64,000 nucleotides of DNA from Rhodobium gokarnense (GCF_025961475.1 NZ_JAOQNS010000009.1:22587-86586), one strand, 5' to 3'. Positions 13,631-24,192 are shown, counted from the first letter of the stretch. The notes: generated by a model not told the origin, from the sequence alone. Made by a program: numbers and translations.

Positions 13631-15121
13631 ATGATCATCACCGCAAGGGGGCTCGGCTCCCGCATCCTCGCCGCGGCCGCCCTCGGCGCGGCACTCACGG
13701 TCTCGGCAGCCGCAAAAGACACGCTGACGATGGGCATGGTGCTGGAGCCGCCCCATCTCGACCCGACGGCCGCTGCGGCCGCGGCCATCGACGAGGTGGT
13801 CTACGCCAACGTCTTCGAAGGCCTCACCCGCATCGACCGTAAGGGCGAGGTGAAGCCGGCACTGGCGGCAAGCTGGGAAATCGCGGAAGACGACGTCACC
13901 TACACCTTTCACCTGAGAAAGGGCGTCACCTTCCACGACGGCAGCGACTTCGATTGCGAGGACGTCGCCTTTACGCTGAACCGCGCCCGCGCCGAGGACT
14001 CCGTCAACGCCCAGAAGCGGCTCTTTGCCCCGATCGAAAGCGTCGACTGCCCCGACCCGTCGACCGCCGTCGTCAAGCTCAGCGCACCGACCGGCTCCTT
14101 CCTCTTCGACATGGGCTGGGGCGATGCGGTGATCGTGGCGCCGGAGACGGCCGACAGCAACAAGACCGACCCGGTCGGCACCGGTCCGTTCACCTTCAAG
14201 CGGTGGGTCAAGGGCGACCGGGTGGAACTTGTCCGCAACGAGAACTACTGGGGCGAACCGGTGCCCCTTTCCGCCGCCACCTTCAAGTTCATCGCCGACC
14301 CGTCGGCCGCCGCGGCCGCCCTGATGGCCGGCGATCTCGACGCCTTTGCCAATTTCCCGGCGCCGGAGCTGCTGCCGCAATTTGAGGCCGACCCCCGCTT
14401 CACCGTGGTCAGCGGCACCACAGAGGGCGAGACGATCCTCGCCTTGAACAACGCCAGGCCGCCGCTGAACGATATCCGCGTGCGCCGCGCCATCGCCCAT
14501 GCGGTCGACAAACAGGCGATCATCGACGGTGCGATGTTCGGCCAGGGAACGCCGATCGGCTCCCACGTCGCACCGCACAATCCGGCCTATATCGACCTCA
14601 CCGGCCGCTATCCCCACGACCCGGAAAAAGCGAAGGAACTGCTGAAAGAGGTGGGCGCGGAGACCCTCAAGCTGACGCTCCGCCTGCCGCCGCCGCCCTA
14701 TGCCCGCCGCAGCGGAGAGATCGCCGCCGCCCAGTTGAAGGAGGTCGGCATCGACGTGGAGATCGTGCCGGTGGAATGGGCGCAATGGCTCGACCAGGTC
14801 TTCAAGCGCACCGACTACGACATGACCATCGTCTCCCACACCGAGCCGGCCGACATCGAGATCTACGCCCGCGACAGCTACTACTTCAACTACGAGAGCC
14901 GGCAATTCCGCGCCGCCTATCACGACTACGCAACGACGCTCGCCCCGGCGGAAGCCAAGGCCAAGCTCGGCCAGCTGCAGAAGATCCTCGCCGAGGACTG
15001 CGTCAACGTCTTCCTCTTCCAGCTCGCCAAGACCGGCGTCTGGAATGCCCATGTCGAGGGCATCTGGGAGAACAGCCCGGTCCAGGCCAACGACCTGACG
15101 GATGTGCGGTGGGTGGAGTAG
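13631..15121 (+). CDS. ABC transporter substrate-binding protein, family 5 (peptide/nickel, DppA-like)
   Basis: Signal peptide MIITARGLGSRILAAAALGAALTVSAAA, GGGAGG RBS before ATG 13631; SBP_bac_5-like sequence. Confidence 0.85.
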   Translation: MIITARGLGSRILAAAALGAALTVSAAAKDTLTMGMVLEPPHLDPTAAAAAAIDEVVYANVFEGLTRIDRKGEVKPALAASWEIAEDDVTYTFHLRKGVTFHDGSDFDCEDVAFTLNRARAEDSVNAQKRLFAPIESVDCPDPSTAVVKLSAPTGSFLFDMGWGDAVIVAPETADSNKTDPVGTGPFTFKRWVKGDRVELVRNENYWGEPVPLSAATFKFIADPSAAAAALMAGDLDAFANFPAPELLPQFEADPRFTVVSGTTEGETILALNNARPPLNDIRVRRAIAHAVDKQAIIDGAMFGQGTPIGSHVAPHNPAYIDLTGRYPHDPEKAKELLKEVGAETLKLTLRLPPPPYARRSGEIAAAQLKEVGIDVEIVPVEWAQWLDQVFKRTDYDMTIVSHTEPADIEIYARDSYYFNYESRQFRAAYHDYATTLAPAEAKAKLGQLQKILAEDCVNVFLFQLAKTGVWNAHVEGIWENSPVQANDLTDVRWVE

Positions 15122-15235
15122 GGGGAACGGCGATGAGGCTTGCGGGACGCGAAGCGGTGGCGGGATTGACCGGAGCGCAAAGGCTCACCGGCCGCGCCTC
15201 GGGTGGAGGGTCTGATACGTGCCTTGCCTCCTCCT

Positions 15236-15650
15236 ACGCGTCACCACCGGGCTTGACCCGGTGGTCCATACGGACGCATGGCACAATCTGTACGATGAGA
15301 CTTGCCCCCGGAAGCCGTCCGTCATTGCCCCTGGCATGGCCCGAACCCGATGACGTTGACGCAAGCGGCACTCGCATCATGGATCACCGGGTCAAGCCCG
15401 GTGATGACGCGGTGTGAGCGGCAAATCGGAACAAGGCTCGGCTGTGCTCGGGACACCTTGGCGCCACCCCCTCTTCCGTCACCCCGGGCTTGACCCGGGG
15501 CCTAATGTCCGTCTCGGCACGGTAGCCCGTTGCGACTTCTGTCGGAGGCAAGCACCCGCGCGACCGCCTGCTTCCGTCAACGAAGGGCATACCGGGTGGA
15601 TGGGGGCATTGGGCCCCGGCTCGGGGGCCGGGGTGACGCAGGAGGTTTTG
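15236..15650. repeat. MITE/REP-like palindromic elements (one degenerate, one complete about 180 bp) in dpp-like operon intergenic
   Basis: Complete copy 15470-15647 bounded by inverted termini cgtcaccccgggcttgacccggggcctaatg... / ...ggcattgggccccggctcgggggccggggtgacg; degenerate copy 15236-15400. Confidence 0.75.
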
Positions 15651-15721
15651 GCTGGTCGGAGCGATCCGTCGGCGAGTTCCGCTCACGCCCGGCCCGACTG
15701 TGCCGCCACCCGGCCCGCCCC

Positions 15722-16678
15722 ATGACCCGGTTCCTCCTGCGCCGCCTTGCCGTCATGCTGGCGACGGTGCTGGTCGCCTCCCTCGTCGTCTTCACGGTGC
15801 TGGAGGTGCTGCCCGGCGATCCGGCGGAGGTCATGCTCGGCGTCGGGGCGGAGCCGGAGACCGTCGCCGCGCTGCGCCACGATCTCGGCCTCGACCGGCC
15901 CGCGCCGGAGCGCTACCTTTCCTGGATCGCCGGCATGGCGATCGGCGATTTCGGCACCAGCTACACCTATGGCGTCCCGGTCTCCGAGCTGATCCTGGAG
16001 CGCGCCGTCGTCAGCCTGCCGCTCGCGCTCCTCGCCATTCTTCTGTCCACGGCCATCGCCATCCCCCTCGGCGTAACGGCCGCCGCAAGGCGCGGCAGCG
16101 CGGTCGATGCCGCCGTCATGGGCTTTGCCCAGATCGGCGTCGCGGTGCCGAATTTCTGGCTCGGGCTCCTCTTCATCATGCTCTTTGCCGTGACCCTGCG
16201 CTGGCTGCCGGCCGGCGGCTTTGCCGGCTGGGAGGCGGGGCCAGGCCCGGCGCTCGCCTCGCTCACCCTGCCGGCCGTCGCGCTGGCGCTCCCCCAGGCG
16301 GCGATCCTTGCCCGCGTCACGCGCTCCGCCGTGCTTGAAACCCTCGGCGAGGACTATGTGCGCACGGCCCGCGCCAAGGGCCTGACGCGGCAGGCCGCGC
16401 TCTGGCGCCATGCGGTGCGCAACGCGCTCATTCCGGTCGTCACCATCATGGGCCTGCAGTTCTCCTTCCTCATCGCCGGCACCATCATCATCGAGAGCGT
16501 CTTCACGCTGCCGGGCCTCGGCCGGCTGATCTTCCAGGCGATCGCCCAGCGCGACCTCATCGTCGTCAAGAACGTCATCGTGCTGCTTGCGATCAGCGTC
16601 ATCGTCGTCAATTTCCTCGTCGACCTCGCCTATGGCGCCCTCGACCCGCGCCTCCGGAGCCTCGTCGATGATCGTTGA
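15722..16678 (+). CDS. ABC transporter permease (DppB/OppB-like)
   Basis: 318 aa from MTRFLLRRL; multi-TM with BPD_transp_1 EAA-like region (...RTARAKGLT...). Confidence 0.85.
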   Translation: MTRFLLRRLAVMLATVLVASLVVFTVLEVLPGDPAEVMLGVGAEPETVAALRHDLGLDRPAPERYLSWIAGMAIGDFGTSYTYGVPVSELILERAVVSLPLALLAILLSTAIAIPLGVTAAARRGSAVDAAVMGFAQIGVAVPNFWLGLLFIMLFAVTLRWLPAGGFAGWEAGPGPALASLTLPAVALALPQAAILARVTRSAVLETLGEDYVRTARAKGLTRQAALWRHAVRNALIPVVTIMGLQFSFLIAGTIIIESVFTLPGLGRLIFQAIAQRDLIVVKNVIVLLAISVIVVNFLVDLAYGALDPRLRSLVDDR

Positions 16679-17519
16679 GCGCGCGCGGGAACTGATCGCC
16701 GGCGCCTCCCAGAGCCGGTCCTTCCTCATCGGCGGCGCCATTACCTTGGCGCTGGCGCTGACAGCCGCCCTGTCGCTCCTGTGGACGCCCCATTCGGCAA
16801 CGGCGATGGATATTGCGGGCCGGCTCGCCCCTGCGAGCGCGGACCACCTTCTCGGCACCGACCAGTTCGGCCGCGATGTCCTTTCCATGCTGATGGTCGG
16901 TGCGCGCAATTCCATCCTCGTCTCCGTCATCGCCGTCGGCATCGGCATTTTCATCGGCGTGCCGCTTGGAACGCTGGCGGCGGCCCGCGGCGGCTGGGTC
17001 GACGAGGCGGTGATGCGGCTCAACGATTTCGCCTTCGCGTTCCCAGCCCTGCTGACCGCCGTGATGATCACCGCGCTCGCCGGCCCCGGCGCGGTCAACG
17101 CCATGGTCGCCATAGGGCTCTTCAACATTCCGGTCTTTGCCCGACTGTCGCGCGGCGCGGCGCTCGGCGTCTGGAAGCGGGAGTTCGTGCTTGCCGCCCG
17201 CGCCGCCGCGCGCAGCCGGCTCGCGATTACGCTCGACCATGTGCTCCCCAACATTGCCGGGCTCCTGCTCGTCCAGGCGACGATCCAGTTCGCGCTCGCC
17301 ATCCTTGCCGAAGCCGGGCTTTCCTATCTCGGCCTTGGCACCCAGCCGCCGAGCCCGAGCTGGGGTCGCATGCTGAACGAGGCCCAGACCTTCATCTATC
17401 TGGCGCCGCAGCTTGCCATCTATCCGGGGCTGGCGATCACGCTCTCGGTCCTCGGCCTCAATCTCCTCGGCGATGGCTTGCGCGATGCCCTCGATCCGCG
17501 CTTGCGGCGGGAGCGCTGA
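16668..17519 (+). CDS. ABC transporter permease (DppC/OppC-like)
   Basis: 283 aa from MIVERAREL; N-terminal OppC-type TM then BPD_transp_1 region; start overlaps upstream stop. Confidence 0.8.
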   Translation: MIVERARELIAGASQSRSFLIGGAITLALALTAALSLLWTPHSATAMDIAGRLAPASADHLLGTDQFGRDVLSMLMVGARNSILVSVIAVGIGIFIGVPLGTLAAARGGWVDEAVMRLNDFAFAFPALLTAVMITALAGPGAVNAMVAIGLFNIPVFARLSRGAALGVWKREFVLAARAAARSRLAITLDHVLPNIAGLLLVQATIQFALAILAEAGLSYLGLGTQPPSPSWGRMLNEAQTFIYLAPQLAIYPGLAITLSVLGLNLLGDGLRDALDPRLRRER

Positions 17520-17520
17520 C

Positions 17521-18513
17521 ATGGCGTCGCTCCTCGATGTTCGCGACCTGACGGTGACCTTTCCGGGCAAGACCGGCCCGGCCCATGTCCTGGACGGCGT
17601 CTCGTTTGCCGTCGCGCCGGGCGAGGCGGTCGGCATCGTCGGCGAGTCGGGCTGCGGCAAGTCGATGACGGCGCTGGCGATCATGGGCCTCCTGCCACCA
17701 GGAGCATCCGTGCGCGGCCAACTCTGGCTCGGCTCTGACGATCTGCTGGTGCTGCCCGAGCCCGCCCTCTGCGACCTCCGCGGCCGTCGCATCGCGATGA
17801 TCTTCCAGGAGCCGATGACGGCGCTCAATCCGGTCAGGACCATCGGCGACCAGATCGCCGAAGGGCTCGCCCTCCATCTCGGCCTCGGGCGCCGGGGGCG
17901 CGCCGACCGGGTGCGCGAGCTGCTGGACCGCGTCGGCCTGCCGTCCCCACGCTTTTCGCCGTCGTTCTATCCGCACGAACTCTCCGGCGGTCAGCGCCAG
18001 CGGGTGATGATCGCCATGGCCCTTGCCTGCGAGCCGGACCTTTTGATCGCCGACGAGCCGACGACGGCGCTGGACGTGACCACCGAGGCCCGCATCCTCG
18101 ACCTCATTCTGGAGGTGACGGCGGCCTCCGGGATGGCCCTCCTGATGATCACCCACGACCTCGGCATCGTCGCGGAAACGGCCGAGCGAGTGCTCGTCAT
18201 GTATGCCGGACGCGTGGTGGAGGAGGGAACGGCGGAACGGCTCTTCGCCGGCATGGCCCACCCCTATACCGCCGGCCTCTTCGCCGCCTCGCCCCATGCC
18301 GTGGCAATCGACCCGGGCGTGCGCCGCCCGCGCCTTGCCGCGATCCCCGGCACCGTGCCGGAGCCGGAAGAGCGCCCGACCGGCTGCCCCTTCGCCGAGC
18401 GCTGCTCGCGCCGCACACCGATGTGCATCGAACCTCCACCGCTCGCGGCCCTCGGCGAAGGCCACTGCGTCGCCTGCTTCCATCCGTTGGCAGTCGGGGA
18501 GGGGGTGTCATGA
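17521..18513 (+). CDS. ABC transporter ATP-binding protein (DppD-like)
   Basis: Walker A GESGCGKS, signature LSGGQRQR, oligopeptide-type C-terminal Cys motif. Confidence 0.9.
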   Translation: MASLLDVRDLTVTFPGKTGPAHVLDGVSFAVAPGEAVGIVGESGCGKSMTALAIMGLLPPGASVRGQLWLGSDDLLVLPEPALCDLRGRRIAMIFQEPMTALNPVRTIGDQIAEGLALHLGLGRRGRADRVRELLDRVGLPSPRFSPSFYPHELSGGQRQRVMIAMALACEPDLLIADEPTTALDVTTEARILDLILEVTAASGMALLMITHDLGIVAETAERVLVMYAGRVVEEGTAERLFAGMAHPYTAGLFAASPHAVAIDPGVRRPRLAAIPGTVPEPEERPTGCPFAERCSRRTPMCIEPPPLAALGEGHCVACFHPLAVGEGVS

Positions 18514-19496
18514 GCACAGCCCCGCTCCTTGCCGTCGAAGGTCTCGTCCGCGACTACGCCCTGCCGCGCGTGAAGCTCTTTGGCGAACGGCCGATGCTGC
18601 GGGCGCTCGCCGGCGTGGATCTGGCGGTGGAGCGCGGCCGCAGCCTCGGCATCGTCGGCGAATCCGGCTGCGGGAAGTCGACCCTCGCCCGGCTCATCCT
18701 GGCGCTGGAACGCCCGACCGCGGGCACTGTCCGGCTCGATGGAACGGATATCTTTGCCGCCTCAAACGACGAACTGAAGGCGCTGCGCCGCCACCTCCAG
18801 ATCATCTTCCAGGACCCCTACGGCTCCCTCGATCCCCGCCAGAAGGTGGCGCGCATCGTCTCCGAGCCGCTGCGCTCGCTGGCGCCGGAGACGGACCGGG
18901 TCCGCCGCCGCATGCGGGTCGCCGAGGCGTTGCAGTCCGTCGGCCTGCCGGCCTCGGCGGCGGCGAAATATCCGCACGAGTTCTCCGGTGGCCAGCGCCA
19001 GCGCATCGCCATCGCCAGAGCCTTGGTGACAAGGCCCGACCTGATCGTCGCCGACGAGGCGGTCTCCGCCCTCGACGTCTCGGTCCAGGCCCAGGTGCTG
19101 AACCTGATGAACGACCTGCAGGCCGAATTCGGCCTTTCCTATGTGGTCATCAGCCACGACCTCAACGTGGTGCGCTGCGTCACCGACGACGTCGCGGTGA
19201 TGTATCTCGGCCGCATCGTCGAGGAAGGCCCGAGCCCGGAGGTGTTTTCCCGGCCCCGCCATCCCTATACCCGCGCGCTGATCGAGGCTGTGCCGAAACC
19301 GGATCCGGCACGGCGCAAGGCCCGGCTTGCCGCAGCGGCGACGCGGGTGGCGGCCGCACCGCTGCCGCCGGAGAGCGGCTGTGCGTTCCGGCCGCGCTGC
19401 CCGCTGGCGTTCGAGCGCTGCATCGCCGAGGCCCCGCAATTGCGCCCCGTTTCCGGCGGGGTGAAGATTGCCTGCCACCGGGATCCGGAGGTCTGA
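18510..19496 (+). CDS. ABC transporter ATP-binding protein (DppF-like)
   Basis: Walker [25 protein letters not shown]; ATGA overlap with upstream ATPase gene. Confidence 0.9.
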   Translation: MSTAPLLAVEGLVRDYALPRVKLFGERPMLRALAGVDLAVERGRSLGIVGESGCGKSTLARLILALERPTAGTVRLDGTDIFAASNDELKALRRHLQIIFQDPYGSLDPRQKVARIVSEPLRSLAPETDRVRRRMRVAEALQSVGLPASAAAKYPHEFSGGQRQRIAIARALVTRPDLIVADEAVSALDVSVQAQVLNLMNDLQAEFGLSYVVISHDLNVVRCVTDDVAVMYLGRIVEEGPSPEVFSRPRHPYTRALIEAVPKPDPARRKARLAAAATRVAAAPLPPESGCAFRPRCPLAFERCIAEAPQLRPVSGGVKIACHRDPEV

Positions 19497-19535
19497 TCGA
19501 CAAAACAAAAAACAATCAAAAGGGAGGACAAGACC

Positions 19536-20282
19536 ATGAAACTGGAAGGAAAGATTGCCATCGTCACTGGCGCCGCATCGGGCTTCGGCGACGCGATCGC
19601 AAGGCGCTTCGCCGCAGAGGGCGCGCAAGTGATGATCTCCGACATCAACGAGGAGGCGGGGACGCGCGTTGCCGGAGAGATCGGCGCGGCTGCTGGCTTC
19701 TGCCGCGCCGACGTCTCGAAACCGGCCGATGTCGCCGCCATGGTCGACGCGACGGTCGAGGCCTTCGGCGGGCTCGACATCATCGTCAACAATGCCGGTA
19801 CCACCCACCGCAACAGGCCGATGCTGGAGGTGGGCGAGGACGAGTTCGACCGCATCTACGCGGTCAACGTGAAGTCGATCTACAACGCGGCCATTGCCGG
19901 CGTGCCGGCCCTGAAAGCACGCGGCGGCGGCGTCATCCTCAACATCGCGTCGACGGCCGGCGTCCGCCCGCGGCCGGGCCTCGTCTGGTACAACGGCTCC
20001 AAGGGCGCGGCGATCACGCTGACCAAGGCGATGGCGGTGGAGCTTGCGCCGGACAACATCCGCGTCGTCGCCCTCAACCCGGTCGCCGGCGAGACGCCGA
20101 TGCTCGCCCTCTTCATGGGCGAGGACACGGAGGAAAAGCGCGCCGCGTTCCGGGCGACCGTGCCGCTCGGCCGGCTGTCGACGCCTCAGGACATCGCTAA
20201 CGCCGCGGCCTTCCTCGTCAGCGACGAGGCGAACTTCCTCACCGGCGTCTGCCTGGAGGTCGACGGCGGCAGGTGTATCTGA
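19536..20282 (+). CDS. SDR family NAD(P)-dependent oxidoreductase
   Basis: 248 aa; TGAASGFG Rossmann motif, NNAG, catalytic YxxxK (YNGSKGAAITLTK). Confidence 0.9.
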   Translation: MKLEGKIAIVTGAASGFGDAIARRFAAEGAQVMISDINEEAGTRVAGEIGAAAGFCRADVSKPADVAAMVDATVEAFGGLDIIVNNAGTTHRNRPMLEVGEDEFDRIYAVNVKSIYNAAIAGVPALKARGGGVILNIASTAGVRPRPGLVWYNGSKGAAITLTKAMAVELAPDNIRVVALNPVAGETPMLALFMGEDTEEKRAAFRATVPLGRLSTPQDIANAAAFLVSDEANFLTGVCLEVDGGRCI

Positions 20283-20296
20283 ACCCCCAACGACCC

Positions 20297-21106
20297 TCAG
20301 AACCCTGCGCCGTCATCCTCCACATGCACCGTCGCCTTGTAGAGGTGCCAGGTGGTGTGCCCTAGCAGCGGCATGACGACAAGGAGGGCGAGGAAGGCGG
20401 TCAGCGTCGAGGCGGCCAGCGTCACCGCGACAAAGAAGCCGTAGCCGATCAGCGGCACCGGATTGGTCTTCACCGCCTTGACGCTGGTCATGATCGCCGT
20501 CACCGGATCGATGCCCCGGTCCATCAGCAGCGGATAGGACATGACGCTGATGGAAAACAGCATGACGGCGAAGAAGGCGCCGATGGCGTTGCCGACGACG
20601 AGGAACAGGAGCCCCGTCGGCGTCGTCAGGATGTCGATGAAGAGCTGCGGTATCTCCGGCGACTTGACGCCGAAGAAGATGGCATAGAGCGCGGCGGCGA
20701 CGTCGAGCCAGATGATGAAGCCGAACAGCGTGATCATCGGCAGCCAGCTCAGCCGCTCGCGGCCCTTCTTCAGCGCGCCGCCGATGGTCTCGCCGAAGGG
20801 CGCGGGCCGCCCGGCCGCAAGCCGCATGCTGACCTCGTAAAGGACGGTGGCGGTGAACGGTCCGAGGAGGGCAAAGCCCGCCGCGGTCGGATAGGCGAGG
20901 TAGATCAGCCCGGCGAATTCCACCATGTAGAAGACGATCCAGCCGCCGGCGGCAAAGAACAGCCCGACGCTGGCGCCGACCAGCGGCGCGGCCCTGAAAT
21001 CGCGAAAGCCCTTGGCGAGGGCCTGGCGCACGGTGGTGACGGTAATGTCGGCGACGACGAGCCGGCGCGTCGGATCGTCGAGCGCCGCGGCATCCTCAGC
21101 GGTCAT
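20297..21106 (-). CDS. integral membrane protein, DUF2189-like
   Basis: 269 aa with about 6 hydrophobic TM segments; family assignment from memory of DUF2189 topology only. Confidence 0.55.
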   Translation of the reverse strand: MTAEDAAALDDPTRRLVVADITVTTVRQALAKGFRDFRAAPLVGASVGLFFAAGGWIVFYMVEFAGLIYLAYPTAAGFALLGPFTATVLYEVSMRLAAGRPAPFGETIGGALKKGRERLSWLPMITLFGFIIWLDVAAALYAIFFGVKSPEIPQLFIDILTTPTGLLFLVVGNAIGAFFAVMLFSISVMSYPLLMDRGIDPVTAIMTSVKAVKTNPVPLIGYGFFVAVTLAASTLTAFLALLVVMPLLGHTTWHLYKATVHVEDDGAGF

Positions 21107-21419
21107 GGTGTTCCCCCGGTTGGAAATGCGTCTCTGCGGACGTTTGTCGTTGCCGTTATATTAGAGCGTTTCGAGATAAAGGGGAAACGTTCCGGCCGCA
21201 GGAGAACCGGTCCTGCCGGTCGGCTCCGGCGGCGCCGTCCAGGTCCTCATATTCACCCGATGTTTTGCATGAAGCCTTGTTTTTTCGGCAGCAAACCGCT
21301 TTTTAAAGCTTCTACGCTCCAAATGGTCATCCAATGAACTAGATTGAGTGACGGAATGGGCTCCGGCCGCATTTTGCGGCGGCCGGTCCCGGCCACCTCT
21401 CCGGCAAGACTGACGCTAA

Positions 21420-22079
21420 ATGGCGAAGATCAACCAGCGCATCCGCAACGGCAACGGCAACTCGCGCCGGGAGAACGGCTGGCTCGACCGCACCCGCCGG
21501 ATGATCCGCTACAAGCTGCACATTCCGATGATCCGCAGCCCGCATCCGCCGGAGTTCACCGCCCGCGGCGTCATGATCGGCACGATCTGGGCCATGGTTC
21601 CGGTCTTCGGCCTGCAGATGCTTGCGGTCCTGATCACCTGGATCATCGCCGAACGGGTGCTGCGCTGGGAGTTCTCCCTGGTCAACGGCCTTGCCTGGAC
21701 CTGGACCACCAACATCGTCACCATCATCCCGACCTATTACGTCTACTACGTCACCGGGCAGATCCTGCTCGGCCATTTCGACGACATCAGCGGCTATGAC
21801 GGCTTCCACAAGCTGTTCACGACCACCACCTCGACCGATGCCGGCTTCTGGGTGAAGCTCCTCAACTGGTTCGAGACGCTGATCAGCGGCTGGGGCGTGC
21901 CGATCCTCATCGGCTCCATCCCCTGGACGATCCTGTGCGGCTGGCTCGCCTATGTGATCTCGCTGCGCTTCGTGCGCGAATACCAGCGCCGCCGCGCCGT
22001 GCGCATGCAGGACGCCCGCGACCGCAACAACCGCGCCCGCACGACGGCGACCGCCGACACGCCCTCTTCCGGGCAATAG
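21420..22079 (+). CDS. DUF2062 domain membrane protein
   Basis: MIRYKLHIPMIRSPHPPEFTARGVMIGTIWAMVP core typical of DUF2062; opposite-strand ORF 21339-22076 is Arg/Gly-rich artefact. Confidence 0.7.
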   Translation: MAKINQRIRNGNGNSRRENGWLDRTRRMIRYKLHIPMIRSPHPPEFTARGVMIGTIWAMVPVFGLQMLAVLITWIIAERVLRWEFSLVNGLAWTWTTNIVTIIPTYYVYYVTGQILLGHFDDISGYDGFHKLFTTTTSTDAGFWVKLLNWFETLISGWGVPILIGSIPWTILCGWLAYVISLRFVREYQRRRAVRMQDARDRNNRARTTATADTPSSGQ

Positions 22080-22097
22080 GCGGAAGCCGTGCCGCCG

Positions 22098-22631
22098 TCA
22101 GTCGGCGATGCCGATCCTGGCGTAAAGCTCCTTGCGGAAATCCCCGTCGTCCCAGTCGAGCGGGCCGATATGGCGCCAGGTGACGGTGCCGGCCCTGTCG
22201 ACGATCAGCGTCGCCGGATAGCCGAAGGTGCGAAAGGCGCTGCCGGTCTTGCGCTCCGCATCCTGCCAGGTCGTGAGCCCGAGGCCCAGTTCGGAGGACA
22301 GGAACTGCGCGATCCGGGCATAGGGAAACCGGTCGACGGAGACGACGAGGAGCCGGTCGCCATTTCCGGCCTTGTCGAGGTCGGCGGCGAAGCGGTCCAC
22401 CGAGGGCAATTCCCTGCGGCAGGGAACGCACCACGTCGCCCAGAAATGGACGATGGTCGGGCCCTTCTCCGACAGCACCTCGCGGACCGGGCGGGCGCCG
22501 CCCTCGCCGTTGCGCAACAGGACGCCCTTCAGCGCGACGACGTCCTCGGCCGCCGAAGACGGCAGCGGGGCAACGGCAAGGACCATGAGGACGGCGGCGG
22601 CAAGACGGCAAAGGGTAGGGAACGCGGACAA
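22098..22631 (-). CDS. TlpA/ResA-family thiol:disulfide oxidoreductase (periplasmic thioredoxin-like)
   Basis: Signal peptide plus WATWCVPCRRE thioredoxin-fold CxxC active site. Confidence 0.85.
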   Translation of the reverse strand: MSAFPTLCRLAAAVLMVLAVAPLPSSAAEDVVALKGVLLRNGEGGARPVREVLSEKGPTIVHFWATWCVPCRRELPSVDRFAADLDKAGNGDRLLVVSVDRFPYARIAQFLSSELGLGLTTWQDAERKTGSAFRTFGYPATLIVDRAGTVTWRHIGPLDWDDGDFRKELYARIGIAD

Positions 22632-22713
22632 TGGGGCAGCCTTTCAAAGGGCAGGTGTGCCCGATGTCCTATCCCATTTTCGATCGATGCGAAAACGCGC
22701 GCCTGCCGCGCCG

Positions 22714-23481
22714 TCACTCTGCAGGCAATTCCGTCCCGGTTTCCGCAAAGCGCTTCGGCTGCGGCGTGCCGGCGATCTCCATGATCAGCTTGCGCCGCAC
22801 CGCATCGGCAAAGGTCGGGGCGCTGTCGGCGGTGACGACGAAGGCGCCGGGCCCGCCGATGATCTTTTCGGCGAAGGCCGCCTCCAGGTCGTAGGAGATC
22901 GGCCGGCCGGAAATGCAGTGGCGGCAGAGGACGGCAAGGCCGTTGATGGTGATGCCGGCCGAGACCACAGTCGCCCGCGCCGATTCGATGCTCGGGCCCG
23001 ACCATGAGTTGGCGCTGTCGGCGGAGATGTCGATAACCTTGCGGAAGCCCTCGATCTCGTTGTTCTCGATCAGCGCCATGCCGAGGAGGAGGGCCGTGCC
23101 GATGGCGTTGTAGCCATGCGCCCTGCGCGGCGGGATCATCAGCGCCTCGGCGAAGGCTGCGGCGCTCTCCGGGCCGTCGACGACGGTCCAGTCGACGACG
23201 ATGTCCTGGGACTCCGCGTTGCCCCACTCCACATAGGTGACGGCGATCTGGCCGTGCGGCGTGTTGCGGATGGCGGTGATCACGGCCGGGTCGGTGATCG
23301 CCTCGGCATAGCCCTTTCGCTGGAAGCGGATCTCCTCGTTGTCGATCGAGCCGGTGGCATCGGCGAGGAGAACGAGCTCCAGCGCCACCTCGGTCGCGGC
23401 AGCCCGGGCGGGCGCCAGCGCGAGCGCTGCCAGGAACAGGAAACCGAGGCCCGTCCGGGCCAGTTGGGTGCATACCGACAT
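22714..23481 (-). CDS. DUF1194 domain-containing secreted protein (vWA-like)
   Basis: Start at MSVCTQLARTGLGFLFLAALALAPARA (signal peptide); VALELVLLADATGSIDNEE resembles DUF1194 N-terminal motif. Confidence 0.6.
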   Translation of the reverse strand: MSVCTQLARTGLGFLFLAALALAPARAAATEVALELVLLADATGSIDNEEIRFQRKGYAEAITDPAVITAIRNTPHGQIAVTYVEWGNAESQDIVVDWTVVDGPESAAAFAEALMIPPRRAHGYNAIGTALLLGMALIENNEIEGFRKVIDISADSANSWSGPSIESARATVVSAGITINGLAVLCRHCISGRPISYDLEAAFAEKIIGGPGAFVVTADSAPTFADAVRRKLIMEIAGTPQPKRFAETGTELPAE

Positions 23482-24116
23482 CGTTGGCGACCTCGATCGC
23501 TGCGGCCGGTCCGTCCGGCCGACGGCAAAAGTAGACCATGGGTGGTGCCGGCCGACAACGCAGAGGGCCGTTGCAAATGCCTTCACGGCCGATTGAAGGA
23601 GCGCTGAAGGGGTTGATTCGATGGAGCGTTTCGCCGGTTCAGAATGGCAATCAAGATTTCTTGAAAGTCCAAATGCCGCAGACCGACCGTTGCACGAGTG
23701 GGTCGCAAGCGGCGCCGACGATGCCATCCAAGTCCGAGCGCGTCATCGGTTCAGCGGGCTCGTGTAACCGCACAAGCGACAACAGAAGGCCCTGGGCCGC
23801 AGCGATTTTCTCTCAACGGGCTTACCGTATGGAGAAGGGCAATGGGCCCCGGGTGTCCGCTGCGCGCCGCCCGGGGTGACGGCCATCATTGGAGCGACCG
23901 CCAAAACTCATACGAGCCCAATGGGCTCGCAAGGCCGACCGGCCGCCGGCGCCCATGCGCCGCCCCCGCGGAGCCGCGAACGAAGTGAGCTGGCGTGAGC
24001 GAAAACCGAAGCCGCAGGCTTCGCAAGCGCGACTGCGCGCCGGCGCCTATGCGCCGCCCCGTCGGAGGCTAGCGGGCGCAGCCCGCGCTCAGCCGCGAGA
24101 CATGATTTTGAGAGAT

Positions 24117-24192
<76 letters not shown>

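Noticed and set aside
12212-17843. Several long minus-strand ORFs (12212-13546, 13580-15052, 15683-17302, 16608-17843) opposite the M20 peptidase and ABC transporter genes
   Set aside because: All are antisense to genes with clear family motifs. Low-complexity R/G/A/D composition.
18203-20200. 665-aa plus-strand ORF running through dppF-like and SDR genes in another frame
   Set aside because: Out-of-frame artefact. Pro/Arg/Gly-rich.
21339-22076. 245-aa minus-strand ORF overlapping the DUF2062 gene
   Set aside because: The plus-strand frame gives a coherent multi-TM protein with the conserved DUF2062 core. The minus frame is Arg/Gly/Ala-rich with no hydrophobic periodicity.
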